This document shows, one piece after another, positions 44,701 to 59,876 of a stretch of DNA of 64,000 nucleotides; within the stretch, counting starts at the first letter, position 1; every line of letters begins with the position of its first letter. The stretch comes from Tubiluchus corallicola. Its lineage: Eukaryota > Animalia > Priapulida. The position numbers and the translations under genes are program-made. The notes under the pieces are model-generated. The model was not told the origin of the DNA. It worked only from the letters and a program-made list of their open reading frames with translations, and searched no databases. The stretch covers positions 372,001 through 436,000 of the forward strand of contig JAQGDQ010000160.1 of the NCBI GenBank assembly GCA_030141605.1, in the 5' to 3' direction.

Positions 44701-46489
44701 TGGAAATTGCAGTATTGACAATTTCTAAAATTAGAGATCAAGATTGCTAGAATTAGAATGAAAATCTAATGAATTCGTGCACATATATGTAACAGAACCA
44801 TACAGAGGTAGCGATTACTGAGCAGAATTGTAAAACTGGAGCAATTGCCAAGAGTAGGTTGAAAATAGTACTGCTAGTCTTAGACACAAAAAACATGAAT
44901 TTGCTGGGGCTATTCAGTAGGGCAGAAACAGATAGCCAACCAGCGTGCACGTATTTTAAATTATTAGCTACATTGTACAGTATAGGAAGGCCTATATATT
45001 TCCAACATGCTTAACAAACAAAGTACAGGGGTTAGCTTCAGTATATAATGTAGTACTGCACACTCCAATAATTTCGCTACTTAATGATGGGTTTGCGCAC
45101 AGGCTCTAATTATTTGCAACCATTATATACTGGAATAATTTCTTAATGTCGTTTCACAATCATAAAGAGCTTTGAACCTCTGATCTGAATTCCGTGACCG
45201 TAATTATGGACCCGTAAAGGCAAAATTATGGGTAACATGCTATGTTAAAAATTGTTTTTTTTTAAATTTCATTTACGAATAACTTAATAGGCCCAATAGC
45301 AATATTTTTAGTCTTGAGAATACTAGAGCACAAAAAGGCAGTAATAAAACATTTTTCTACAATTTTATTACTTTTGATGTCTTATATTGTCTTCATCAAA
45401 AAGCAAAGCTAATTAGCTAAAAATTATGAGATTACAAAAACTTAGAATATATTACCCACTATTCTAAATATTTATCTTTTTATTAGGAAAATTCAAGTAT
45501 ATGTACTTTTAAGCCAGTAAGTTCATTAGATACAGGCGTAAGAGACGAATGTCTGTTTTAATACCTCCAAGGGCAGACGATTTGTACGTTGTCAGAGCAA
45601 AAGCTGAATTATTTTCAGGGCAAATAACTCTGTTTTAAAATTTCTAACTTCAAAAATCGTTTAAACGAGCTGCACACTTTACTGCCTGCTATTAAAGCAT
45701 TTCTAATACGGTAAATTATTTTTTAGCTTTTTAAGTTAATACTAGTAGCTGTTACTAAATTTGGTTCACTAAACCAGCATATATTCGTTTACACTGTTCG
45801 TCCATGCATAGACAAGGTTACAGATATGTTTGCAAAGAAAAAAATAATTCGTTATCATTATCTCTTTGAATTTCTGCAACATTTCTTAAGATATAATTTT
45901 ATATACTTGTTCATCAAATATATTTTCGAGCCATACACCAGAAAATAAATGAAATATTGCCTAAGTAGGTTAACAAAAATAATGTGTCCTCTCCCACAGC
46001 ACGAGCATGACTTATCCGTGTTGCTTTTGAAGACTTGATGTGTACTGAACCATCGACATTGTTCCGCATATAATCAGCGAAAGTGACGAGAAAGTTTCAC
46101 TGCTCTAATTTCAACAAAATGTATGTCAGAATAATGTTTGCAAAAACCCAGTTTCATGGAACAGGCTCATTGTTGAGGATTAGCGGCTGAGCCTAGGAGT
46201 CGTGATTTCACAGTCGACTAAATGCTTTCGTTTTTACATCCGCAGCGGTCAGAATTATTTGAAAATCGTTTAATCTACCCTGTGCGATTATTAGCGTTTT
46301 TACCACAAATAAGAAAATCCTAACAAACAAAACAGTTTAGTGGGTAGGCTGCCTATGAGCTGCATAACATGCAATAACATCAACATGTCGTAACTGCCAC
46401 TGTTTTTATTTTTAGTGCTACAGCGCCCTAGAAGTAGTTAAGATTCACAGCAAGAAGTGACTTAGAAGGCCAAATAATAAGTACTTAGA

Positions 46490-47065
46490 AGTGATGTTGT
46501 AGAATCCCAGTAAGTAGTGATGTAGAAGAAGCCCAGTATACAAGTAGTGATGTGCAAGAATCCCAGTATACAAGTAGTGATGCACAAGAATCCCAGTATG
46601 CAAGTAGTGATGCAGAAGAAGACCAGTATGTAAGTAGTGACGCAGAAGAATTTCAGTATGAAAGCAGTAATGCAGAAGACGTCCAGTATGTAAGTAGTGA
46701 TGTAAAAGAAACCAGTAAGTAAATAATGATCCAGAAGAGTCCCAGTAAGTAGTGATGCAGAAGAAGCCAAGTACGTAAGTAGTAATGCAGAAGAATTCCA
46801 GTAAGTAGTGAGGCAGAAGAAGCCCAGTATGTAAGAAATGATGTAGAAGATAAGTAAATAACGATCCAGAAGAATCCCAGTATGTAAGTAGTGATGCAGA
46901 AGAAGCCCAGTATGTAAGTAGTGATGCAGAAGAAGCCCAGTATGTAAGTAATGATGTAGAAGAAGCCCAGTATGTAAGTAGTGATGTAGAAGAAGCCCAG
47001 TATGTAAGTAGTGCTGAAGAAGAAGCCCAGTATGTAAGTAGTGATGCAGAAGAATCCCAGTAAAT
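46490..47065. repeat. 30-bp minisatellite, roughly 19 degenerate units
   Basis: Consensus CCCAGTATGTAAGTAGTGATGCAGAAGAAG. Units are most homogeneous at 46877-47060, and some lack 4 bp. Confidence 0.92.
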
Positions 47066-48672
47066 AAGCAGGGACGTTTTGTTATCTGGAGGGATATTTA
47101 AGCATCAAAACTGCAAACTGTGTCAGATGCTGAATATGCACGTAAAGATAGCGTCACACTGTGAGCGTGGCTGTTAGATATCACACTGTGAGCATGGCTG
47201 TTGGATACGAAGTAAAACATTACTTGTTCTCGGTAGAAATGCAGTTTTTTCGTAGTACCCCTTTTTCTGCTGCTTCTCATAGGTTTACTTTGGACATTCC
47301 CAGACCTCGAACAGTTGCTTATCAATCCAATTTTTCCCTCTGGCTTCTTACCTTTGTAATTCTCTAGCAAAAATTGTCGTGAAAACAGCGATTCACTCGA
47401 TCCAAGAAGAGAAAATTTATATCACTACTTATATGTATCCATACGTATTTATATGTATCCAAACCTTCACCTCTTACTTCACTTTGAGTGGCTTTTGGCC
47501 TTATTTGGAGTGATTTGTATAAAAAAATTAGCAACTTACTTCAACGTTGGCAAATGTGATCTGTACTAAAGCTAAAATAAGATAGCCAAAGTCTTGTGAC
47601 TATTACAGCTCAAGTCCAATAAGAATACAAAGAGATCACAACTCAAAGGAGCAACAGCACATGAACATGACAGCACAGTTTTTTGCATTTTAAATATGGT
47701 ATTTCAAATGAACACAGTACAATTACCTGCCGTAGCACTTTTCACAAGTCAGCGCAAATACACACATGCCCTGTATGCACTATTAAAGTTTGATTTTATT
47801 GCACAAGTACAGTATGAATAGTCCAGATGAAAACAAAATATATCCGACCTTCACTTCTAAACATTAAAAGCTTACTTCGCTGCAGGTCAATTTACCACGG
47901 CTTACCTGAGCCATATAACCGTGAATTATAAAACTTAGGACATATTAATATGCCAGACATGCTTTCTTTGGCAAACCGTGCAGCAAATGAGTATGAGGAT
48001 CCCAAGGCCGGTGTTAAGGTATGATACAAATGCAATTTTTTGTAATCTGAGTTTGGTAGACTATGTATCAAGCTGCGTGTTAACATTAGACAAACTTACA
48101 GACTTTCAATTTTAACAGATAAATATGCATTCTAATTTTTATATAAATTCTCCAAATACACATTTGTTAAAAATTTCACTGAATTCGCAAGTTGCTTTCA
48201 TGAAAACCATGATCTCTAGTTTAAAAAAATGAAACGGATTAGGACAGATCATCATTCGTCGTAAGTCGTAGCAGGTGTCACTAAAAGGTGAGAACTGGTT
48301 TAAAAAATAAGACGTACAGCTACAGTTTTGTTAAGTGCATGTTGTTATAAAAAAATGAGAAGTTAATTGAGGTACAAGTGATTATTGCCTACAATGTGAT
48401 TATGGTCATCTGGTGAAGTGGAAAAGGATAAATTCTTAACTTTTGTAGCATGACCAAGTACTCCAAAAGGAATTATCAAGGGTGACTTGTGACTTGTACC
48501 CATTCTCAGCCAAAAACGTACGTGTACTTTCACAATAATCCTTCAAAATATCACTATGATTTCGTCAACTGGTATCATCACAGTAACACAGTATTTCCAT
48601 ATTTTACAGACAAGGAACAAAGAAAGCTGCCATAAGAGGAGGCTAATCGTAAGACATGAGTAATTGCAACAT

Positions 48673-48830
48673 ATGATGATGATGATGATAGATAGATAGA
48701 CAGATAAATGGATAGATAGGTAGACAGATAGATAAACAGAGCTAGACATACATACATACATACATACATACATACATACATACATACATACATACATACA
48801 TGCAGCCAGACAGTTAGACAGATAGATAGG
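48673..48830. repeat. Compound microsatellite (GAT)n-(GATA)n-(CATA)n
   Basis: Directly visible; it explains the MYVCMYVC ORFs. Confidence 0.92.
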
Positions 48831-51800
48831 TTTATTTGCATACAAAAATTGCAGTTAGAAAGTGAATAAAATTGCATTTACAATTAAAAAGACATTAACC
48901 ACAGACAATAAAAATGATAAACACTGTTCTACTGATAAAAATATGCCATAACAGAATAAAGCTTCATTGAAAAAATCAAATGAAAACTAAAAGAATCTAC
49001 TTATTCGTGGCCAAGGTCACATTAATATCATTTAAAAGTATTTTATATAGGCGCCTATTAGTGGGCATGAAAGTGGAGGGAAAGAAAACAAAGAGCTAGG
49101 GTCCTCTGACTCACATGTAGAGGTGCATACTAAACCAAAACGATAATATCAGTCACGCATACATTAGTAAAAACACTGCACCTAAAAGCGGAAAAGTTAC
49201 CATAAAAAAGATGGAGACTCAAATTATTTGACAATGATAATGAGAATAGCAAATTATTATTCTCAAGAAATTTAGAACTCCGTGCTCCTCGATGACACGG
49301 GAGAATCTGCAGGATCTAAACTCCTAAGTGTGGAACTCAAATGGAAAGACTCTTGGGCCTCAGATACTTGGGTCGTTAATAGTGCATACCGCACACCTGT
49401 CACAGCCACAAAACTTGCGTTACAACATGTCACAATTTTACAAGTTACAACTTCATTATTTAAGGAAACTTCACTCAATGATGACTGCATAACTCTTTTA
49501 GTTTGGATGCTGAGCAATGCTATAAAAACAGTTTCTGCTTAATATTATACTAGGGAATGAGACCGACATACACAGCAAACACATCTTTACCGTTTTTTGT
49601 AATAATGGCACTACTTTTAAATTTTGAAAGTAGGTATCAGCAGCTGCAGATTTTAAGTCAGCTTGTTGGTGATGGATAGCCCAATAATTCTATGAAAACC
49701 CCATGAAAAGCAATGAAAAGCAGACTGGAGCCACCGCCACCCCACTCACAATCAACTAAAGTTCTTTCTTAAATTATGAGTTCTGAGCTTGAAAGGTTTC
49801 TAGTAGTTTCACATTCGGCATTTCTGTAATATGAAATAAATACTGCATCAGGCAGGAATAAAGAATTGATGGCATGCCTGGTTAAAAAGTAACTGCAAAT
49901 TGGTGCAGTCTTGCAAATTGAAGCATTGTATTCAGTCTAAAATTTTACAAACGTGAACAGTGACCGCAACTATAAAACAAGATGGAAAATATCGATTACA
50001 GTACAAGCAGAAGTTATAGTTAAGCCACCTCAAATACTGCAAAATAAATAGGTAGCTCTGGAAAATTATACTCAAGTTATAAAAACTTAACACAAATATA
50101 AAATTTGCTCGGTTTGTAAAGTTCTCTCTAGCAGTGAGCGTCCACGAAACTTTCACGAGTCGCAGTTCTTTCTCTAAAATCTTTTCATACAAATTCGAAA
50201 GTTCTGAATTACATACCTACGATTAGCAAACTGCAAAACAGGCCTTATTTGGACTTAAGTGATTTTGTTTTTACAACGGTTGCATAAAAACAGCGCTCAT
50301 GATGCCTCTACCATATTTTGCAGCCCGCAAATGTACATATCTATTTTAATGTACAGGTAATATACAAGACTTATATTTAAGTTATTGATCATCACAGAAT
50401 GTAGGCTACATGAAATAATAATAGTCCTCCTCTGCTAACTCATAGAAGGATACCCAAAGGAGAAGAAAACATGAGTGAAATGATTCTCACAGCCGTCTCT
50501 CCAATAATTTTACAGTCATTTAGCTGCAGATAGTTCTAGACAATATACTGGGGGGAAAGCTTTGCAACTTTAGCACCTTGTTAGTTATGGCTAGAAATGC
50601 TAACGAATGAATTTAATCCAGAATAGTTCTGATTGACTGGCAATAATGCCAGAAGCAACACAAGTAAAGAAAAGAAGAAAACTACTGACTATGAATATCT
50701 TGTGCCCACATATCATTATTGATGATCATTAGCATTATTAAAGCACATCTCATAGCAAACAAGAAAAACACACATTATTAATACCGACCACTAGTGTTCA
50801 TTGTTAAATGGACAGGTGCCATAAACATTTTTTCCAATAGCTGTACATTTTACCCCCATACATAATATAGTTTACATGTATACTCTACAAAACTAACTAA
50901 AACATATAGCCTCAAAAGATGTCTTGACTAGCTTTAAGTCATTAAACTTACAAAAGAACATGATCATTTAAAGTAAATTCACTTTCTAAAACTAGCCATA
51001 ACAGAGCACATGAGTGTTCAATATTAACTTAACTCAGCCTCACAAGCCAAAGAAAAAGTAAATACAGGCTTTTCACTGTATACTCCAATGGACTTTCACT
51101 GCAAGTATATTTAGTTAGTTACATAGCTAGTAAGTTACCTTGTATTTCGGTTTAAAGTCATTAACCCAGCCCAGGTGCCTTACTTTTCTGCATATAATCA
51201 CCTAAAGCTATGTATATGTAGATTGCAAAGTGATGGAAGAGTGCAAGGTTGGATGTTTGCTCTTTTATCCAGATAACCTGGAAAACGTCATTCATTGGTC
51301 TCTTGCAGGTCTCCTGACAATTAGCATGCTGCCTCCCTTAATTTATTTTGTAAGCCTAAATCCTGCATTCAGAAGGAGACGTTAGGAAAAACAATAATTA
51401 TTTGATTACTTATAAATTATAAGGCCCACTTCCCGAATACGAGACATTGAACTGGTAGAGATATTTTTTGTTAGAAAAGACTGTTTTAGCTATGATTGGA
51501 TGCATCCTCTGTCCCTCAATGGCTTAACTCACCAAAGACAGTAAATCACCAAAGACAGAATGTCAGACGAAATTGCCCCAAAGCAATTTTCCAGACAGTT
51601 ATTCATGACTTACTGACCAGGCTCAGCTCCAGGTATGTTCGGTTGCTAAGTACGCACTGTGACCGCTCAGCTATGCCTTATTCCCAATTTAAATTTAAAA
51701 CATTTCAAAAAAAGTATAGAAGTTCTGATGAAAACCCCTTTATTAAGTTTCATCACAGGACTTCCCAATAAATATTCAACATTATCAAATTGTTAAAAAT

Positions 51801-54529
51801 CACAACACTCGAAGTTTTGAATCTAAAAAGCTAAAAAGATATATCTGGCCTTAGTTATCCTAATTACGGCTGAACAATTAACAATTAAGCAAAGCTCCCC
51901 ACACAATGGACAATGTTGGACAAGTATGCCAGTGTAAACCGTAAGCAACATACTCATTAAGATTCCTGACTAATTTTAAAGTAAAAAACAGAGGTTTAAT
52001 TTCCGAAGGTTTGATTTAGTGGTACAAACAGATGACAGAGAACTGGTGAGTATATGAAATGTAGAAGACAAATGAGTTGAACTCATGATAACTGAACTTC
52101 AAAGCTGCACATGCACATCAAACTGGCACTTTTGAATTTGTTAAATGACAAAGTAAGCTTAGCATTCTATATGGTGCAAAATTCTAATGACGAAGGTGTC
52201 AGAAATGACAGTTGGTATGTAACAAACCATGTCACTGAAATTCAAACTTTGACGTGGTGGCAAAATTAATTTGAAGTTGAATTTCTTGAATCACTTGAAT
52301 TTGACCTACCATTGACCACTTGGTCAGAAAATCTAAATTCTAAAGCAATCATAAAAATTTGAAAATTTTGAGCACATTATTACACCAGAATTCACATCCA
52401 ACGCTTGCTCAATGCATATAATTTTTTAGGGAAATCAAATATTTATAAATTACTATAAATAATAAGTAATACAGTTGGTAAAAAAACGTGTACAATGTAT
52501 ATAGTTTTGTCAAAGCATGTTGTGAATATACATAGCATTACGGGTATGTACAACATCTGCATTTTCGAATAAAGACATTTATACAATACTAAAGACTACT
52601 CACCAGTCATAGGATTCTGTTGCCATGTTTCTATCCTAGTTCTCCTTTTATGTCATGAATAGGCTTCCACAGACCACACCATCAATTATGCTGTTGATTA
52701 TTAAATACAATGTTTGTGCTACTGGTAGGGTGTACCATTTATGAGATGGAATTTAGCACCCGCAACATTAACAGACACCAATAGTTCTTTGTTCTCTATA
52801 TACAGTATATGCCAATCACACCTGCTAGCATCTGTACCAATGGTAATTCATTAAATAATTACAGTTCTTCTCTGAGCTGGCAAGGGCAGATGTAGTTACT
52901 GCAACCGGCTCATACAGGAGCACCTAAATGTACAGGTAAAGTTTTGAAAACCTGTTTTCCTTGAGCAGACAGCACTCATCGAACAGTGTCCTTCGACAAG
53001 ATTTTACTCGCCAGCTGCAGCATGTATGAGTCCACGCAGCTAGTGCACAATCTGCACATGAGAGGAAAGGAACATTGAATTAGCAAGTGCAAATGAAAAT
53101 ATTTGACTTCATGTAAAAATACATTAGCAATACAATGAATTGGAAAACTCCTTTTGAAAAGCAATTTAAGGACTTATCCATCAATAAGAAACAAACATCA
53201 AATAATTAATCTAACAGAATTTTGTAAAATTAACTAAGTTGCACATAATTCAAATCTATTTGAAAATCATTATTGAGCTAATTAAATAATTAGTATACAA
53301 TATACATCTTTTGGATGAATTTTAACATATGTTTTTTCATATCCTTAGTACATCATAATGCTCTAAAGAAATTAAAAATTGTTACTGTGCAATAAAAATT
53401 AAAACATCCATCTACTGTAACATGCATGATATTGCACTTAGATACATCCAATATAACATTCTGGAATAAAATTGTAATTAAATTTTTAAAGACTAATTTG
53501 TATCAACATGTAATATATGAAATACTTTAACAATTTGGTAGGAATTCCCCACGTAACTACAAAGTCAACATTACTTCACAAATTATGAGGTAATAACAAG
53601 TAATTTTTCATTTTAGGTATTTTCTTTGCAAATTGTTCTAGTTCGTAATTCTTTCTGGAGTTTTTAGCTTTTAAAATTCAAAAAAGTCGAAGCTCTATTG
53701 ACAGTTAGGCAGTTAACATGCATACACAAAATTAATAATAATACGTATCCACAGCTGCTGTACTTCAAATCTTGAAATCTTGATTTAAGAATCGGACCAT
53801 TCTTAAATTTCGAAGAAGTTTACTAAACAATTAAAAAGGATGTAGATTAATCAAGTTCGATTCGTAACTTTTATGGAACAATAATCTAGGCATAGCAATT
53901 TCTAGCAAATTGGCAATACTGTTCAAACAGAATATTAAATTTTAATATACCATACTGCTTCATAGAATAAAATCAATATAATTACTATATTTTGGAGTTA
54001 TATTAATAATAAAAAGCCAAATTACTGAAATTAGAGCAAAGTTTGGTCCTGTACCAGTTTGCATAAACAAAGCACACTGACGGCGAGGGCAGCATTAAGT
54101 CGTAGGTATTAACACCAACTTTAATAATAGTAACAGGGTAACTGCATAAAAATTCAGCCCAATTTATCTTAACAAAAATTATCGTTGCACCTGCTTGCTT
54201 CTATTCTTTGTCGAAACGGCACACTAAAAACAAAGACACCGCAAAATTTGCTTAAAATCAACAAGCTCAGCTTTCATCTTGACTTTCATGTTGTCTTGTT
54301 CTGAAAATTGGAAAGACAACTGCGCCATCTGTTGCGAAGTTTCTCTATTATTCAAGTTGGCCTGGCAAATGAAGAATTTTTTTATATAGGTACGCAAGCT
54401 GTAATGAAGTATTATTATAACATATCACGGGATGGAGACCAATCCTGGAAACGTTGGAAATACATGGGATGGAGACCAATCCTGGAAACGTTGGAAATAC
54501 ATGGGATCACTACTTGGCACAGAAGATCA

Positions 54530-55070
54530 TATCAATATCAAAAATAGGAAATAAAGAGCAATGTGCGATTTTACCCAAATAAATCAATCCTAACTAGCAA
54601 GAAACTATCTCTCAACACAAGTTTGCGACTCTTCAGTGTATATGTAACTAATATCTTCATGTACAACAGTGAAATGTGGGGGTGGACTGCAACCCAGGAA
54701 GTAGAAATAGATGTGTTTTCCTGAAGTCTACACAGAAAAATCTTAAAAATAAAATGGGTATAATTATAATTGTTTCAAATGAGCAGCTGTATAACAGAAC
54801 GAAAGTGGAACATTGGAGTACTAAAATCAGAATCAAAAGGCTAAAATGGGCAGGACATTTAATGAGATTGCCAGAAACAACATCAGTAAGATTAGCATTA
54901 AACGAGGCACTGAAACCTGCTAAATGACCCCAAGCAAGCCAAAAACGACTTGAATATGAAGAAAAATTATTAATAAAGATTTACAACAGCTGAAACCAAA
55001 CCTAACAATAGCATCACAGGAGTTGAAATTTTAGCTGCAAACAGGAAACAGTGGTGTTCTAACAACGATA
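54530..55070 (+). mobile_element. Decayed RTE-like LINE 3' fragment
   Basis: Broken translation includes VSNEQLYNRTK...IRIKRLKWAGHLMRLPETTSVRLAL, the typical RxxRLxWxGHxxR motif. It is preceded by a 37-bp tandem duplication at about 54430-54505. Confidence 0.75.
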
Positions 55071-55139
55071 GAGGTTCAGTGTTTACAATAGATATTTAGA
55101 GCAACAGAAGAAGGAGAAGGCTCTGGATATTATTCTCAG

Positions 55140-56110
55140 GACATTATCTCGCTGTTATGTTTTTTTTTTCAAAAATATTGGAAAACGTTGTTTACAATAA
55201 AATAATAATTATTTTATTTTGATCATCAAAACATAATAAATAATAAGTAGTTTAGTTTTCGGAAAAACAGCTCAACCGAATTGGCTCTGATAAACATTAT
55301 AGATATTATAACTAAATGCATTGAACAAAATAAAGTAACAGTAGCAATATTTTGTGACCTCTCTAATGCCTTTGACACTGTTAATCATAACACTTTTTGC
55401 TCAACTACGTCATTGCGGTCTTAGAGAGGTAGCAAACGCATGGTTATCTAGTTATCTTCATGGGAGAACGCAAGTGTTTCAATACAATAATGTAATTTCA
55501 AAAGAAACTTTTATAACCAATGGGGTACCACAAAGCTCAATTTTATGTCCACTACTATTTTCAATATTTATAAATGACATAAATTATTCTTTAGATAGTC
55601 CAGATCACTTCCAGTTTGCAGATGATACCAGCATATTTTTTGAGTTAAATAAGACTGATAATTTAATATAATTCTATCAACCATGAATTACAAAAAATTG
55701 CTATTTGGTTTAAAACGAAAAAGTTGTTATTGATTTCTACGAAAGTTAAATGTATCATTTTTAGTGCAAGACATTTATCTTAGAAAAAGAGAAAATCTTA
55801 GTTTAACGTGTTTCAAGACTAATAACATTTTAACTGTTGATGATTTAATACAAATGATTACAGCTATATACATGTATAAAACTAGATATCATCTCTTTCC
55901 AACATTTTTTAATAATTCAATCCAACCTAATAATCGGTGTTACGCAACCAGAATAAATGAGTTTGACATTAATTTCAGTAGAACAAACGTGGCACGTCAA
56001 TTCATTGCAAATTTTGGTTCAAGGCTTAGGAATGACATAAATGATGAATTAAAAACTATTCAGCCAATTAAAAAATTTAAAAAGAAATACAAAGCAATGA
56101 TTTTCAATAC
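55140..56110 (+). mobile_element. Decayed CR1/L2-group LINE RT fragment
   Basis: Frameshifted RT: AIFCDLSNAFDTVNH, GVPQSSILCPLLFSIFINDI, FADDTSIF, plus a C-terminal part similar in type to the 16268-17460 element. Confidence 0.85.
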
Positions 56111-56416
56111 TATACAATATTTCTTAATATCTTATAGCTACTGCAGCAACCATACAACAATCCTGGTACAGATTATGCAAAATAGACATCATTCATTAAT
56201 TTTAGAGCTGATGCAAACATCGTACAATCTACTGTTTCCTACTATTTCCTACTGATCTAACCTTTTTCCTTCTTTTTTGCTCACGTATCAATACCTTTTT
56301 TTATCTGGTTCACATGACAATGGGCTTTTACAAGCATCTGCTTCTCTCCCAACATAATAATTTATTACAAAATGAACTAATAATTTTGATGTCACCATGT
56401 ATTGAATGTGATAATA

Positions 56417-56490
56417 AATAATAATAATAATGATAATAATAATAATAATAAGAAGAAGAAGAATAAGAAGAAGAAGAAGAAGAAGAAGAA
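56417..56490. repeat. (AAT)n-(AAG)n microsatellite
   Basis: Directly visible. Confidence 0.9.
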
Positions 56491-56729
56491 AAAGGCAAGA
56501 TTTAATACACGCCAAAAAGTACTGAAAGGCAGTGCTTACTCAAGGAGAGGCTTGTTTGTTATGTGATTGGAGTTTGGTTCACAAGCTCATGACCAAGGAC
56601 AGCTCTCTAGATTCTAGAATGAGCCATCGAACTGGCAAATGTATCTCAGTCACATTTGAATATTATATTATGTACATTCTCCCTTTACCCAGGTAAACAG
56701 CCAAGATTTACAAAATATACTTCCTGTGG

Positions 56730-56892
56730 TAAGTATTGAACCCACGCAGCCACAAACCGTTCACAGGAAGAAGCATGGGTGCTTTATCCACTCACCCTGT
56801 CACACATGAACTTTTTTTATGTTGAAAAGGTCTGGGCTGAAGGGTTTTCCGAATTACAAGTCCAGCATTATGACCATTAGACCATATAGCTC
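56730..56892 (-). mobile_element. Degenerate tRNA-derived SINE fragments
   Basis: Minus strand shows GGTGAGTGGATAAAGCA...GTGGGTTCAATAC (A- and B-box-like) and GGAGCTATATGGTCTAATGGTCATAATGCTGGACTTGTAATTC (tRNA 5'-half-like). Confidence 0.35.
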
Positions 56893-59876
56893 CAATTGTG
56901 ATCAGGGCAAATCTGAATTCAGTCTTATTTTTTCAATCAATGCTATGAATTTTTGAAGTCACATTTGGTTGGAAGGAATATGAAAAAGTTAGTGCGGCTC
57001 TTGATTTGAAATTTTCCTTAAAATTATTTAAGTTTAACAGTCACTAATTCACTCATTTTTCTTTTGCTTTGGACATATTTTTTTAATTTGAATCGAATCT
57101 ATAGAGAATAATAGCGTATGGTCCTGCCATATTGTAACTTTAATTGTCGCATAAATTTTGATTTGCGTACATCCATAGTTTGTTCATTTCAAATAAGAGA
57201 GAATCAATTAAAAATTTTAATGCTTTCTTATTACTGTCTTGACAATTCTTTTTTGAATGCTATGTAACTGAAGTCTATGAATGAGAGTGTCGTTCTTGGT
57301 GCTACGAACAGAAGAACTTTATCTTAAGGAGTTCAGTCAATTCCAAATCCTCGAGCATGACCATGTTTATCACTTGATCAGTGACGTTTACTAACGCCAA
57401 AAACTGAAGATAATTTCGTTTTTAGAGACTTATTGGTGTGCGCTGTGCTCGTGGCTAATCACGACTTGTCTATGCCTAATCCACGCACTTTACTCATATG
57501 TGACCGAGTAGTTTGTCTTAATTTGGCTCTTATCTTGCCATATTCACAGGCCCTTAAACAATTCTAGCATTTTTAACCACACCACTATTGTCCGTGCGCT
57601 TACTCCTCGTTCTACCCTCCATGATTCGTGAACTCAGTACCCTTTACATTTGCAAGTTAACAATTGAATTAAAAGTGGATATCTAACAAAACTCGTGGAC
57701 TCACTGCCTAGCATTGGGCTCTCTAGAATATGCTGCTCGGAGATTGAAAACAGCAAAGAGGTGGGACAACCAGACTTTTCTATGAAATTACAGGTTAGAA
57801 AAACTGCTTAGTCTTATCCTTCATCTAGTTTTTACATATTTCGTCATTTGACAAGCTTTATTTTTGTTACTTTCACTGTAGCAGTTGCAACATTTTGTAC
57901 TGTGATATTTATACTTTTATGCTTGTTTACATGCCACTGAATTGCACAGTTATCAATAACTCGTTAACGTTTTATTATAAGGGTATTTCCACATTGTAGG
58001 TAATAAACTGATTGGTACTAGCAAGTTGTACTAATAACGAACAAATAGCATCAGTATTATCATTAGTGAGAATTAAACAAGACAAAAGATAAAATACCAC
58101 CAGGGAAATTAATTCACGTTCTATTTTTATTGAAACAATGTTTTCAATTTCAATAACAACACACAATATAATAATTATTATTATTTGGCTATATGCTATA
58201 TTACAGAGTCATAATGTACAATATAATACATTAACATTCAAAGCAAGCAGAATAGGCACCATATGCAGTTTTGAAGTACATTTTCAGAAATGGAAAATTG
58301 CCATGTCTAGAAAGAGTTGTTGCAAAAAATGAGGCAGTTTGCATTAGAGATTAATAAGAATTAAATTTTTCCATATTTGTATTACTATTTGTATTACACA
58401 TACAAATTACATGCACATTACATATACATTGATAAGCAAGTATAATGGTCAAGTGTGATTTCTCTTTCGAGCACCAAAGAAACTTAACTACCACACTTTA
58501 GGTTCATTTGGCTCAGTTCGAGTAACAGTTTAAGAAACTGACAATACTAGTACTAGAAAATAATAATACGGGCGTTTCAAATAAATATTTCGTCATGAGG
58601 CATCATGAGACTGGTAGCCCAAATCACTGCAAAGAGCATGGGCATTATGCTTCATGTGCACCATCAACTTTAAACAGGGGTGTCACGGAATGAATCGATG
58701 ATATCAAGCTCTTAATAGATTTTGAGCAAAAAATTTGTCTCTTAATGCAATATGCTTTGCATGTACATAAAATTTTGATACAATAGGGAATTAGGGACTG
58801 TGTATAAAACCATCTAGTGCAAAAGGTTAAATTTTTTGCTTAACAGAAGCGCTTAGCTTAGCTTATTTTGGAAAATTGGATAATAATTTATGTCAAAAAA
58901 ATCGATTGGTTTTCTCTGTAAAACAGCAAAGCTAGATATTGTAAGTAACACTGAAAAAATAAGGTAGTAACGCAAACTTTATATAAAAATTGTGCACCTG
59001 AGTTTAAAAGAATCTTAACACTTTAAACAAAATAATGTTAAATAATTATTAAATACTAACTAAATGGAGAGTGCTAATGACATTTGTACAAATAATTTAA
59101 GACGAAAGTACAATTCACTGTTTACCGGTTAAAACATGACTTTCAATTCACTATCAAAGCCTACATATATAGATAAAACCTGGGCAGCACAAAACAGTAA
59201 GCGTATAGCCAAAGTAACAAGGAAATGAGTGATAAAATAACATAGGAAAATTTGACAATTCACAAAACTGTGTCAGCATCAAATGGTGCAGGAAGATACT
59301 AGTGCTGGTATCCAGTAAGATCAGTACAAGCAGTAAAATATACATAGCTAAGTATCAGTGAGGTACAGTTACTGTGCCGGGCAATTAAAATCTGGTATTC
59401 ATGGTGAAACTGTTCTCTGGAGTTTGTTTTGGCAATGTTAGAAAAGGTAATTTGTTTTCAGTAAAGCTCCAAATGTGATTTAAAAATTCAATAGAAGAAT
59501 CAATATTCTACTTTCTAGTTCAAAAGGAAGATTTCTCAAAGCACTGTACCTTTTTTTAGGAGACACTGCTTGTCTCACCATGTGAAACACTGTGAAACCA
59601 CTATAATTAATGACAGAGAACGAAATGGAGCTTTCTTTATAGCTGTATTGTAGAGTGATACTCAAAATGATGCATCTTTTGATGATAAAAACAACGATAA
59701 AACATCTCTCATCGTTGCAACCATGAAAACTGCTTTGATGGAACAACTGATCCAGTAACTAAACAATAAAAACTGAGTCGTCTCACGTGAAAAACAGTTA
59801 CAAAATTGAACTGATGGCATTAGAACACTGCTGAGCACAAACAAATTTTGCCTGCAGTTTTGTCTTTGGCTTTCAC

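Noticed and set aside
46490-47065. CRISPR-like array
   Set aside because: Units are contiguous with no unique spacers, the context is eukaryotic, and there are no cas genes.
48543-48877. Low-complexity ORFs (MYVCMYVC here; poly-N at 35574-35828; poly-L/I at 56288-56515)
   Set aside because: They are translations of microsatellites.
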